From Eledone cirrhosa (taxonomy: Eukaryota), in contig OZ024741.1 of assembly GCA_964016885.1 (NCBI GenBank), positions 408,518,001-408,582,000 of the forward strand: 64,000 nt of DNA. The letters are read 5' to 3'. Made by a program: the position numbers and the translations under genes. Under the pieces are notes generated by a model. It searched no databases. It was not told the DNA's origin and saw nothing but the letters and a program-made list of their open reading frames with translations. Below, piece by piece: positions 1 through 17,600 of this stretch (within the stretch, counting starts at the first letter, position 1; every line of letters begins with the position of its first letter).

Positions 1-459
1 ATCAGATAATACACACATCTAGGACCACATTTAACACATAATCAGATAATACACACATCTAGGACCACATACAACACATAATCAGATAATACACACATCT
101 AGAACCACATACAACACATAATCAGATAATACACACATCTAGGACGATATACAACACATAATCAGATAATACACACATCTAGGGCCACATACAACACATA
201 ATCAGATAATACACACATCTAGGGCCACATACAACACATAATCAGATAATACACACATCTAGGACCACATACAACACATAATCAGATAATACACACATCT
301 AGGGCCACATACAACACATAATCAGATAATACACACATCTAGGACCACATACAACACATAATCAGATAATACACACACATCTAGGACCACATACAACACA
401 TAATCAGATAATACACACATCTAGGAGGATATACAACACATAATCAGATAATACACACA

Positions 460-3400
460 TCTAGGGCCACATACAACACATGATCAGATAATACACACAT
501 CTAGGGCCACATACAACACATAATCAGATAATACACACATCTAGGACAACATACAACACATAATCAGATAATACACACATCTAGGACCACATACAACACA
601 TAATCAGATAATACACACATCTAGAACCACATACAACACATAATCAGATAATACACACATCTAGGGCCACATACAACACATAATCAGATAATACACACAT
701 CTAGGGCCACATACAACACATAATCAGATAATACACACATATAGGACCACATACAACACATAATCAGATAATACACACATCTAGGACCACATACAACACA
801 TAATCAGATAATACACACATCTAGAACCACATACAACACATAATCAGATAATACACACATCTAGGACCACATACAACACATAATCAGATAATACACACAT
901 CTAGGACCACATATAACACATAATCAGATAATACACACATCTAGGTCCACATTTAACACATAATCAGATAATACACACATCTAGGACCACATACAACACA
1001 TAATCAGATAATCCACACATCTAGGGCGACATACAACACATAATCAGATAACACACACATCTAGGACCACATACAACACATAATCAGATAATACACACAT
1101 CTAGGACCACATTTAACACATAATCAGATAATACACACATCTAGAACCACATACAACACATAATCAGATAATACACACATCTAGAACCACATTTAACACA
1201 TAATCAGATAATACACACATCTAGGACCACATATAACACATAATCAGATAATACACACATCTAGGACCACATTTAACACATAATCAGATAATACACACAT
1301 CTAGGACCACATATAACACATAATCAGATAATACACACATCTAGGACCACATTTAACACATAATCAGATAATACACACATCTAGGACCACATATAACACA
1401 TAATCAGATAATACACACATCTAGGACCACATACAACACATAACCAGATAATACACACATCTAGGACCACATACAACACATAATCAGATAATACACACAT
1501 CTAGGACCACATTTAACACATAATCAGATAATACACACATCTAGGACCACATATAACACATAATCAGATAATACACACATCTAGGACCACATTTAACACA
1601 TAATCAGATAATACACACATCTAGGATCACATATAAAACATAATCAGATAATACACACATTCTAGGACGACATATAACACATAATCAGATAATACACACA
1701 TCTAGTACAACATACAACACATAATCAGATAATACACACATCTAGGACCACATACAACACATAATCAGATAATACACACATCTAGGACCACATTTAACAC
1801 ATAATCAGATAATACACACATCTAGGACCACATTTAACACATAATCAGATAATACACACATCTAGGACCACATACAACACATAATCAGATAATACACACA
1901 TCTAGAACCACATACAACACATAATCAGATAATACACACATCTAGGACGATATACAACACATAATCAGATAATACACACATCTAGGACCACATACAACAC
2001 ATAATCAGATAATACACACATCTAGAACCACATACAACACATAATCAGATAATACACACATCTAGGACCACATATAACACATAATCAGATAATACACCCA
2101 TCTAGGACCACATTTAACACATAATCAGATAATACACACATCTAGGACCACATATAACACATAATCAGATAATACACACATCTAGGACCACATACAACAC
2201 ATAATCAGATAATACACACATCTAGGACCACATACAACACATAATCAGATAATACACACATCTAGGACCACATGTAACACATAATCAGATAATACACACA
2301 TCTAGGACCACATATAACACATAATCAGATAATACACACATCTAGGACCACATTTAACACATAATCAGATAATACACACATCTAGGATCACATATAACAC
2401 ATAATCAGATAATACACACATTCTAGGACCACATATACCACATAATCAGATAATACACACATCTAGGACCACATACAACACATAATCAGATAATACACAC
2501 ATCTAGGACCACATACAACACATAATCAGATAATACACACATCTAGGACCACATTTAACACATAATCAGATAATACACACATCTAGGACCACATTTAACA
2601 CATAATCAGATAATACACACATCTAGTACCACATACAACACATAATCAGATAATACACACATCTAGGACCACATACAACACATAATCAGATAATACACAC
2701 ATCTAGGGCCACATACAACACATGATCAGATAATACACACATCTAGGGCCACATACAACACATAATCAGATAATACACACATCTAGGACAACATACAACA
2801 CATAATCAGATAATACACACATCTAGGACCACATACAACACATAATCAGATAATACACACATCTAGAACCACATACAACACATAATCAGATAATACACAC
2901 ATCTAGGGCCACATACAACACATAATCAGATAATACACACATCTAGGGCCACATACAACACATAATCAGATAATACACACATATAGGACCACATACAACA
3001 CATAATCAGATAATACACACATCTAGGACCACATACAACACATAATCAGATAATACACACATCTAGAACCACATACAACACATAATCAGATAATACACAC
3101 ATCTAGGACCACATACAACACATAATCAGATAATACACACATCTAGGACCACATATAACACATAATCAGATAATACACACATCTAGGTCCACATTTAACA
3201 CATAATCAGATAATACACACATCTAGGACCACATACAACACATAATCAGATAATCCACACATCTAGGGCGACATACAACACATAATCAGATAACACACAC
3301 ATCTAGGACCACATACAACACATAATCAGATAATACACACATCTAGGACCACATTTAACACATAATCAGATAATACACACATCTAGAACCACATACAACA

Positions 3401-4222
3401 CATAATCAGATAATACACACATCTAGAACCACATTTAACACATAATCAGATAATACACACATCTAGGACCACATATAACACATAATCAGATAATACACAC
3501 ATCTAGGACCACATTTAACACATAATCAGATAATACACACATCTAGGACCACATATAACACATAATCAGATAATACACACATCTAGGACCACATTTAACA
3601 CATAATCAGATAATACACACATCTAGGACCACATATAACACATAATCAGATAATACACACATCTAGGACCACATACAACACATAACCAGATAATACACAC
3701 ATCTAGGACCACATACAACACATAATCAGATAATACACACATCTAGGACCACATTTAACACATAATCAGATAATACACACATCTAGGACCACATATAACA
3801 CATAATCAGATAATACACACATCTAGGACCACATTTAACACATAATCAGATAATACACACATCTAGGATCACATATAACACATAATCAGATAATACACAC
3901 ATTCTTGGACGACATATAACACATAATCAGATAATACACACATCTAGTACAACATACAACACATAATCAGATAATACACACATCTAGGACCACATACAAC
4001 ACATAATCAGATAATACACACATCTAGGACCACATTTAACACATAATCAGATAATACACACATCTAGGACCACATTTAACACATAATCAGATAATACACA
4101 CATCTAGGACCACATACAACACATAATCAGATAATACACACATCTAGAACCACATACAACACATAATCAGATAATACACACATCTAGGACGATATACAAC
4201 ACATAATCAGATAATACACACA
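460..4222. repeat. Higher-order duplication, offset 2242 bp (56 monomers + 2 bp): ~460-1980 repeated at ~2702-4222
   Basis: Rare markers recur at a constant offset: TGATCA 481/2723, ATAGGACC 741/2983, ATCCACAC 1011/3253, TAACCAGA 1441/3683, +T insertion 1660/3902. Confidence 0.9.
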
Positions 4223-6400
4223 TCTAGGGCCACATACAACACATAATCAGATAATACACACATCTAGGGCCACATACAACACATAATCAGATAATACACA
4301 CATCTAGGACCACATACAACACATAATCAGATAATACACACATCTAGGACCACATACAACACATAATCAGATAATACACACATCTAGAACCACATACAAC
4401 ACATAATCAGATAATACACACATCTTGAACCACATACAACACATAATCAGATAATACACACATCTAGGACCACATACAACACATAATCAGATAATACACA
4501 CATCTAGGGCCACATACAACACATAATCAGATAATACACACATCTAGGACCACATACAACACATAATCAGATAATACACACATCTAGGACAACATACAAC
4601 ACATAATCAGAGAATACACACATCTAGGACCACATTTAACACATAATCAGATAATACACACATCTAGGACCACATACAACACATAATCAGATAATACACA
4701 CATCTAGGTCCACATATAACACATAATCAGATAATACACACATCTAGGACAACATACAACACATAATCAGATAATACACACATCTTGAACCACATACAAC
4801 ACATAATCAGATAATACACACATCTAGGACCACATACAACACATAATCAGATAATACACACATCTAGGGCGACATACAACACATAATCAGATAATACACA
4901 CATCTAGGACCACATAAAACACATAATCAGATAATACACACATCTAGGACCACATTTAACACATAATCAGATAATACACACATCTAGAACCACATATAAC
5001 ACATAATCAGATAATACACACATCTAGGACCACATTTAACACATAATCAGATAATACACACATCTAGAACCACATATAACACATAATCAGATAATACACA
5101 CATCTAGGACCACATACAACACATAACCAGATAATACACACATCTAGGACCACATACAACACATAATCAGATAATACACACATCTAGGACCACATTTAAC
5201 ACATAATCAGATAATACACACATCTAGGACCACATATAACACATAATCAGATAATACACACATCTAGGACCACATTTAACACATAATCAGATAATACACA
5301 CATCTAGGATCACATATAACACATAATCAGATAATACACACATTCTAGGACGACATATAACACATAATCAGATAATACACACATCTAGTACAACATACAA
5401 CACATAATCAGATAATACACACATCTAGGACCACATACAACACATAATCAGATAATACACACATCTAGGACCACATTTAACACATAATCAGATAATACAC
5501 ACATCTAGGACCACATTTAACACATAATCAGATAATACACACATCTAGGACCACATACAACACATAATCAGATAATACACACATCTAGAACCACATACAA
5601 CACATAATCAGATAATACACACATCTAGGACGATATACAACACATAATCAGATAATACACACATCTAGGGCCACATACAACACATAATCAGATAATACAC
5701 ACATCTAGGGCCACATACAACACATAATCAGATAATACACACATCTAGGACCACATACAACACATAATCAGATAATACACACATCTAGGACCACATACAA
5801 CACATAATCAGATAATACACACATCTAGAACCACATACAACACATAATCAGATAATATACACATCTTGAACCACATACAACACATAATCAGATAATACAC
5901 ACATCTAGGACCACATACAACACATAATCAGATAATACACACATCTAGGGCCACATACAACACATAATCAGATAATACACACATCTAGGACCACATACAA
6001 CACATAATCAGATAATACACACATCTAGGACCACATTTAACACATGATCAGATAATACACACATCTAGGACCACATACAACACATAATCAGATAAAACAC
6101 ACATCTAGGTCCACATATAACACATAATCAGATAATACACACATCTAGGACAACATACAACACATAATCAGATAATACACACATCTTGAACCACATACAA
6201 CACATAATCAGATAATACACACATCTAGCACCACATACAACACATAATCAGATAATACACACATCTAGGGCGACATACAACACATAATCAGATAATACAC
6301 ACATCTAGGACCACATAAAACACATAATCAGATAATACACACATCTAGGACCACATTTAACACATAATCAGATAATACACACATCTAGAACCACATATAA
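3640..6400. repeat. Tandem duplication, offset 1441 bp (36 monomers + 1 bp), falling to 1401 after a one-monomer loss
   Basis: TAACCAGA 3683/5124, ATTC insertion 3901/5342, CATCTTGAAC 4421/5862. Later markers (GGTCC, GGGCGAC, CATAAAAC) are about 1401 apart. Confidence 0.85.
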
Positions 6401-9400
6401 CACATAATCAGATAATACACACATCTAGGACCACATACAACACATAATCAGATAATACACACATCTAGGGCCACATACAACACATAATCAGATAATACAC
6501 ACATCTAGGACAACATACAACACATAATCAGATAATACACACATCTAGGACCACATACAACACATAATCAGGTAATACACACATGTAGAACCACATACAA
6601 CACATAATCAGATAATACACACATCTAGGACGATATACAACACATAATCAGATAATACACACATCTAGGACCACATATAACACATAATCAGGTAATACAC
6701 ACATCTAGGACTACATACACCACATAATCAGATAATTCACACATCTAGGACCACATATAACACATAATCAGATAATACACACATCTAGGACCACATTTAA
6801 CACATAATCAGATAATACACACATCTAGGACCACATATAACACATAATCAGATAATACACACATCTAGGACCACATACAACACATAATCAGATAATACAC
6901 ACATCTAGGACCACATACAACACATAATCAGATAATACACACATCTAGGACCACATTTAACACATAATCAGATAATACACACATCTAGGAGCACATATAA
7001 CACATAATCAGATAACACACACATCTAGGACCACATTTAACACATAATCAGATAATACACACACCTAGGACCACATATAACACATAATCAGATAATACAC
7101 ACATCTAGGACCACGTATAACACATAATCAGATAATACACACATCTAGGACCACATACAACACATAATCAGATAATACACACATCTAGGACCACATACAA
7201 CATATAATCAGATAATACACACATCTAGGACCACATTTAACACATAATCAGATAATACACACATCTAGGACCACATTTAACACATAATCAGGGTAATACA
7301 CACATCTAGGACCACATATAACACATAATCAGATAATACACACATCTAGGACCACATACAACACATAGTCAGATAATACACACATCTAGGACCACATTTA
7401 ACACATAATCAGATAATACACACATCTAGGACCACATATAACACATAATCAGATAATACACACATCTAGGACCACATACAACACATAATCAAATAATACA
7501 CACATCTAGAACCACATACAACACATAATCAGATAATACACACATCTAGGACGATATACAACACATAATCAGATAATACACACATCTAGGACCACATACA
7601 ACACATAATCAGATAATACACACATCTAGGACCACATACAACACATAATCAGATAATACACACATCTAGCACCACATACAACACATAATCAGATAATACA
7701 CACATCTAGGACCACATATAACACATAATCAGATAATACACACATCTAGGACCACATACAACACATAATCAGATAATACACACATCTAGGAACACATACA
7801 ACACATAATAAGATAATACACACATCTAGGACCTCATTTAACACATAATCAGATAATACACACATCTAGGACCACATTTAAAACATAATCAGATAATACA
7901 CACATCTAGGACCACATACAACACATAATCAGATAATACACACATCTAGGACCACATACAACACATAATCAGATAATACACACATCTAGAACCACATACA
8001 ACACATAATCAGATAATACACACATCTAGGACGATATACAACACATAATCAGATAATACACACATCTAGGACCACATATAACACATAATCAGGTAATACA
8101 CACATCTAGGACTACATACAACACATAATCAGATAATTCACACATCTAGGACCACATACAACACATAATCAGATAATACACACATCTAGGACACATACAA
8201 CACATAATCAGATAATACACACATCTAGAACCACATACAACACATAATCAGATAATACACACATCTAGGACCACATACAACACATAATCAGATAATACAC
8301 ACACATCTAGGACCACATACAACACATAATCAGATAATACACACATCTAGGACGATATACAACACATAATCAGATAATACACACATCTAGGGCCACATAC
8401 AACACACAATCAGATAATACACACATCTAGGGCCACATACAACACATAATCAGATAATACACACATCTAGGACAACATACAACACATAATCAGATAATAC
8501 ACACATCTAGGACCACATACAACACATAATCAGGTAATACACACATGTAGAACCACATACAACACATAATCAGATAATACACACATCTAGGACGATATAC
8601 AACACATAATCAGATAATACACACATCTAGGGCCACATACAACACATAATCAGATAATACACACATCTAGGGCCACATACAACACATAATCAGATAATAC
8701 ACACATCTAGGACCACATACAACACATAATCAGATAATACACACACCTTGAACCACATACAACACATAATCAGATAATACACACATCTAGGACCACATTT
8801 AACACATAATCAAATAATACACACATCTAGGACCACATTTAACACATAATCAGATAATACACACATCTAGGACCACATATAACACATAATCAGATAATAC
8901 ACACATCTAGGACCACATACAACACATAATCAGATAATACACACATCTAGGACCACATTTAACACATAATCAGATAATACACACGTCTAGGACCACATAT
9001 AACACATAATCAGATAATACACACATCTAGGACCACATTTAACTCATAATCAGATAATACACACATCTAGGACCACATATAACACATAATCAGATAATAC
9101 ACACATCTAGGACCACATTTAACACATAATCAGATAATACACACATCTAGGACCACATTTAACACATAATCAGATAATACTCACATCTAGGACCACATAT
9201 AACACATAATCAGATAATACACACATCTAGGACCACATATAACACATAATCAGATAATACACACATCTAGGACCACATACAACACATAATCAGATAATAC
9301 ACACATCTAGGACCACATTCAACACATAATCAGATAATACACACATCTAGGACCACATTTAACACATAATCAGATAATACACACATCTAGGACCACATTT

Positions 9401-10719
9401 AACACATAATCAGATAATACACACATCTAGGACCACATATAACACATAATCAGATAATACACACATCTAGGACCACATATAACACATAATCAGATAATAC
9501 ACACATCTAGGACCACATTTAACACATAATCAGATAATACACACATCTAGGACCACATATAACACATAATCAGATAATACACACATCTAGGACCACATTT
9601 AACACATAATCAGATAATACACACATCTAGGACCACATATAACACATAATCAGATAATACACACATCTAGGACCACATTTAACACATAATCAGATAATAC
9701 ACACATCTAGGTCCACATATAACACATAATCAGATAATACACACATCTAGGACCACATACAACACATAATCAGATAATACACACATCTAGGACCACATTT
9801 AACACATAATCAGATAATACACACATCTAGGACCACATATAACACATAATCAGATAATACACACATCTAGGACCACATACAACACATAATCAGATAATAC
9901 ACACATCTAGAACCACATACAACACATAATCAGATAATACACACATCTAGGACGATATACAACACATAATCAGATAATACACACATCTAGGACCACATAC
10001 AACACATAATCAGATAATACACACATCTAGGACCACATACAACACATAATCAGATAATACACACATCTAGCACCACATACAACACATAATCAGATAATAC
10101 ACACATCTAGGACCACATAAAACACATAATCAGATAATACACACATCTAGGACCACATACAACACATAATCAGATAATACACACATCTAGGACCACATAC
10201 AACACATAATCAGATAATACACACATCTAGGACCACATTTAACACATAATCAGATAATACACGCATCTAGGACCACATTTAACACATAATCAGATTATAC
10301 ACACATCTAGGACCACATACAACAAATAATCAGATAATACACACATCTAGGACCACATACAACACATAATCAGATAATACACACATCTAGAACCACATAC
10401 AACACATAATCAGATAATACACACATCTAGGACGATATACAACACATAATCAGATAATACACACATCTAGGACCACATATAACACATAATCAGATAATAC
10501 ACACATCTAGGACTACATACAACACATAATCAGATAATACACACATCTAGGACCACATACAACACATAATCAGATAATACACACATCTAGGAGCACATAC
10601 AACACACAATCAGATAATACACACATCTAGAACGACATACAACACATAATCAGATAATACACACATCTAGGACCACATACAACACATAATCAGATAATAC
10701 ACACACATCTAGGACCACA

Positions 10720-13620
10720 TACAACACATAATCAGATAATACACACATCTAGGACCACATATAACACATAATCATATAATACACACATCTAGGACCACAT
10801 ACAACACACAATCAGATAATACACACATCTAGAACGACATACAACACATAATCAGATAATACACACATCTAGGACCACATACAACACATAATCAGATAAT
10901 ACACACACATCTAGGACCACATACAACACATAATCAGATAATACACACATCTAGGACCACATACAACACATAATCAGATAATACACACATCTAGGACGAT
11001 ATACAACACATAATCAGATAATACACACATCTAGGGCCACATACAACACATAATCAGATAATACACACATCTAGGGCCACATACAACATATAATCAGATA
11101 ATACACACATCTAGGACCACATACAACACATAATCAGATAATACACACATCTAGGACCACATACAACACATAATCAGAAAATACACACATCTAGAACCAC
11201 ATACAACACATAATCAGATAATACACACATCTAGGACGATATACAACACATAATCAGATAATACACACATCTAGGGCCACATACAACACATAATCAGATA
11301 ATACACACATCTAGGACCACATACAACACATAATCACATAATACACACATCTAGGACCACATACAACACATAATCAGATAATACACACATCTAGGACCAC
11401 ATATAACACATAATCAGATAATACACACATCTAGGACCACATTTAACACATAATCAGATAATACACACATCTAGGACCACATATAACACATAATCAGATA
11501 ATACACACATCTAGGACCACATTTAACACATAATCAGATAATACACACATCTAGGACCACATATAACACATAATCAGATAATACACACATCTAGGACCAC
11601 ATTTAACACATAATCAGATAATACACAGATCTAGGTCCACATATAACACATAATCAGATAATACACACATCTAGGACCACGTACAACACATAATCAGATA
11701 ATACACACATCTAGGACCACATTTAACACATAATCAGATAATACACACATCTAGGACCACATATAACACATAATCAGATAATACACACATCTAGGACCAC
11801 ATACAACACATAATCAGATAATACACACATCTAGAACCACATACAACACATAATCAGATAATACACACATGTAGGACGATATACAACACATAATCAGATA
11901 ATACACACATCTAGGACCACATACAACACATAATCAGATAATACACACATCTAGGACCACATACAACACATAATCAGATAATACACACATCTAGGACGAT
12001 ATACAACACATAATCAGATAATACACACATCTAGGGCCACATACAACACATAATCAGATAATACACACATCTAGGGCCACATACAATACATAATCAGATA
12101 ATACACACATCTAGGACCACATACAACACATAATCAGATAATACACACATCTAGGACCACATACAACACATAATCAGATAATACACACATCTAGAACCAC
12201 ATACAACACATAATCAGATAATACACACATCTAGGACGATATACAACACATAATCAGATAATACACACATCTAGGGCTACATACAACACATAATCAGATA
12301 ATACACACATCTAGGACCGCATACAACACATAATCAGATAATACACACATCTAGGACCACATTTAACACATAATCAGATAATACACACATCTAGGACCAC
12401 ATATAACACATAATCAGATAATACACACATCTAGGACCACATACAACACACAATCAGATAATACACACATCTAGAACGACATACAACACATAATCAGATA
12501 ATACACACATCTAGGACCACATACAACACATAATCAGATAATACACACACATCTAGGACCACATACAACACATAATCAGATAATACACACATCTAGGACC
12601 ACATACAACACATAATCAGATAATACACACATCCAGGACGATATACAACACATAATCAGATAATACACACATCTAGGGCCACATACAACACATAATCAGA
12701 TAATACACACATCTAGGGCCACATACAACATATAATCAGATAATACACACATCTAGGACCACATACAACACATAATCAGATAATACACACATCTAGGACC
12801 ACATACAACACATAATCAGATAATACACACATCTAGAACCACATACAACACATAATCAGATAATACACACATCTAGGACGATATACAACACATAATCAGA
12901 TAATACACACATCTAGGGCCACATACAACACATAATCAGATAATACACACATCTAGGACCACATACAACACATAATCACATAATACACACATCTAGGACC
13001 ACATACAACACATAATCAGATAATACACACATCTAGGACCACATATAACACATAATCAGATAATACACACATCTAGGACCACATTTAACACATAATCAGA
13101 TAATACACACATCTAGGACCACATATAACACATAATCAGATAATACACACATCTAGGACCACATTTAACACATAATCAGATAATACACACATCTAGGACC
13201 ACATATAACACATAATCAGATAATACACACATCTAGGACCACATTTAACACATAATCAGATAATACACAGATCTAGGTCCACATATAACACATAATCAGA
13301 TAATACACACATCTAGGACCACGTACAACACATAATCAGATAATACACACATCTAGGACCACATTTAACACATAATCAGATAATACACACATCTAGGACC
13401 ACATATAACACATAATCAGATAATACACACATCTAGGACCACATACAACACATAATCAGATAATACACACATCTAGAACCACATACAACACATAATCAGA
13501 TAATACACACATGTAGGACGATATACAACACATAATCAGATAATACACACATCTAGGACCACATACAACACATAATCAGATAATACACACATCTAGGACC
13601 ACATACAACACATAATCAGA
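10720..13620. repeat. Tandem duplication, offset 1642 bp (41 monomers + 2 bp), with a further partial copy near 16200-17260
   Basis: ACAGATCT ~11626/13268, CACGTAC (G at 11681/13323, again 16525), ACATGTAGGACGAT ~11867/13509/16711, AACATATAATC ~11085/12727. Confidence 0.85.
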
Positions 13621-14659
13621 TAATACACACATCTAGAACCACATACAACACATAATCAGATAATACACACATCTAGGACGATATACAACACATAATCAGA
13701 TAATACACACATCTAGGGCCACATACAACACATAATCAGATAATACACACATCTAGGACCGCATACAACACATAATCAGATAATACACACATCTAGGACC
13801 ACATTTAACACATAATCAGATAATACACACATCTAGGACCACATTTAACACATAATCAGATAATACACACATCTAGGACCACATATAACACATAATCAGA
13901 TAATACACACATCTAGGACCACATACAACACATAATCAGATAATACACACATCTAGAACCACATACAACACATAATCAGATAATACACACATGTAGGACG
14001 ATATACAACACATAATCAGATAATACACACATCTAGGACCACATACAACACATAATCAGATAATACACACATCTAGGACCACATACAACACATAATCAGA
14101 TAATACACACATCTAGCACCACATACAACACATAATCAGATAATACACACATCTAGGACCACATATAACACATAATCAGATAATACACACATCTAGGACC
14201 ACATACAACACATAATCAGATAATACACACATCTAGGACCACATACAACACATAATCAGATAATACACACATCTAGGACGATATACAACACATAATCAGA
14301 TAATACACACATCTAGGGCCACATACAACACATAATCAGATAATACACACATCTAGGACCACATACAACACATAATCACATAATACACACATCTAGGACC
14401 ACATACAACACATAATCAGATAATACACACATCTAGGACCACATATAACACATAATCAGATAATACACACATCTAGGACCACATTTAACACATAATCAGA
14501 TAATACACACATCTAGGACCACATATAACACATAATCAGATAATACACACATCTAGGACCACATTTAACACATAATCAGATAATACATACATCTAGGACC
14601 ACATATAACACATAATCAGATAATACACACATCTAGGACCACATTTAACACATAATCAG

Positions 14660-17600
14660 ATAATACACACATCTAGGACCACATATAACACATAATCAGA
14701 TAATACACACATCTAGGACCACATACAACACATAATCAGATAATACACACATCTAGAACCACATACAACACATAATCAGATAATACACACATCTAGGACG
14801 ATATACAACACATAATCAGATAATACACACATCTAGGACCACATACAACACATAATCAGATAATACACACATCTAGGACCACATACAACACATAATCAGA
14901 TAATACACACATCTAGCACCACATACAACACATAATCAGATAATACACACATCTAGGACCACATATAACACATAATCAGATAATACACACATCTAGGACC
15001 ACATACAACACATAATCAGATAATACACACATCTAGGACCACATACAACACATAATCAGATAATACACACATCTAGGACCACATTTAACACATAATCAGA
15101 TAATACACGCATCTAGGACCACATTTAACACATAATCAGATAATACACACATCTAGGACCACATACAACACATAATCAGATAATACACACATCTAGGACC
15201 ACATACAACACATAATCAGATAATACACACATCTAGAACCACATACAACACATAATCAGATAATACACACATCTAGGACGATATACAACACATAATCAGA
15301 TAATACACGCATCTAGGACCACATATAACACATAATCAGATAATACACACATCTAGGACTACATACAACACATAATCAGATAATACACACATCTAGGACC
15401 ACATACAACACATAATCAGGTAATACACACATCTAGGAACACATACAACACACAATCAGATAATACACACATCTAGAACGACATACAACACATAATCAGA
15501 TAATACACACATCTACGACCACATACAACACATAATCAGATAATACACACACATCTAGGACCACATACAACACATAATCAGATAATACACACATCTAGGA
15601 CCACATACAACACATAGTCAGATAATACACACATCTAGGACCACATACAACACATAATCAGATAATACACACATCTAGGACCACATACAACACATAATCA
15701 GATAATACACACATCTAGGACGATATACAACACAAAATCAGATAATACACACATCTAGGACGATATACAACACATAATCAGATAATACACACATCTAGGG
15801 CCACATACAACACATAATCAGATAATACACACATCTAGGACCACATACAACACATAATCACATAATACACACATCTAGGACCACATACAACACATAATCA
15901 GATAATACACACATCTAGGACCACATATAACACATAATCAGATAATACACACATCTAGGACCACATTTAACACATAATCAGATAATACACACATCTAGGA
16001 CCACATATAACACATAATCAGATAATACACACATCTAGGACCACATTTAACACATAATCAGATAATACATACATCTAGGACCACATATAACACATAATCA
16101 GATAATACACACATCTAGGACCACATTTAACACATAATCAGATAATACACACATCTAGGTCCACATATAACACATAATCAGATAATACACACATCTAGGA
16201 CCACATACAACACATAATCAGATAATACACACATCTAGGACCACATATAACACATAATCAGATAATACACACATCTAGGACCACATTTAACACATAATCA
16301 GATAATACACACATCTAGGACCACATATAACACATAATCAGATAATACACACATCTAGGACCACATTTAACACATAATAAGATAATACACACATCTAGGA
16401 CCACATATAACACATAATCAGATAATACACACATCTAGGACCACATTTAACACATAATCAGATAATACACAGATCTAGGTCCACATATAACACATAATCA
16501 GATAATACACACATCTAGGACCACGTACAACACATAATCAGATAATACACACATCTAGGACCACATTTAACACATAATCAGATAATACACACATCTAGGA
16601 CCACATATAACACATAATCAGATAATACACACATCTAGGACCACATACAACACATAATCAGATAATACACACATCTAGAACCACATACAACACATAATCA
16701 GATAATACACACATGTAGGACGATATACAACACATAATCAGATAATACACACATCTAGGACCACATACAACACATAATCAGATAATACACACATCTAGGA
16801 CCACATACAACACATAATCAGATAATACACACATCTAGGACGATATACAACACATAATCAGATAATACACACATCTAGGGCCACATACAACACATAATCA
16901 GATAATACACACATCTAGGGCCACATACAATACATAATCAGATAATACACACATCTAGGACCACATACAACACATAATCAGATAATACACACATCTAGGA
17001 CCACATACAACACATAATCAGATAATACACACATCTAGAACCACATACAACACATAATCAGATAATACACACATCTAGGACGATATACAACACATAATCA
17101 GATAATACACACATCTAGGGCCACATACAACACATAATCAGATAATACACACATCTAGGACCGCATACAACACATAATCAGATAATACACACATCTAGGA
17201 CCACATTTAACACGTAATCAGATAATACACACATCTAGGACCACATTTAACACATAATCAGATAATACACACATCTAGGACCACATATAACACATAATCA
17301 GATAATACACACATCTAGGACCACATACAACACATAATCAGATAATACACACATCTAGAACCACATACAACACATAATCAGATAATACACACATGTAGGA
17401 CGATATACAACACATAATCAGATAATACACACATCTAGGACCACATACAACACATAATCAGATAATACACACATCTAGGACCACATACAACACATAATCA
17501 GATAATACACACATCTAGCACCACATACAACACATAATCAGATAATACACACATCTAGGACCACATATAACACATAATCAGATAATACACACATCTAGGA

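Noticed and set aside
44-62. Hairpin AGAT-N9-ATCT and CTAG palindrome as a structured RNA, terminator or cruciform
   Set aside because: The stem is only 4 bp and AT-rich, with no covariation and no U-tract. Too weak to support a structural call.
59-66. Density of restriction sites (CTAG, GGWCC; variants giving TCTAGA, GGCC, AGATCT, TGATCA, CCTAGG) as a functional signal
   Set aside because: These are expected by-products of single substitutions around a CTAG/GGACC core. They are useful for experimental mapping but are not evidence of function.
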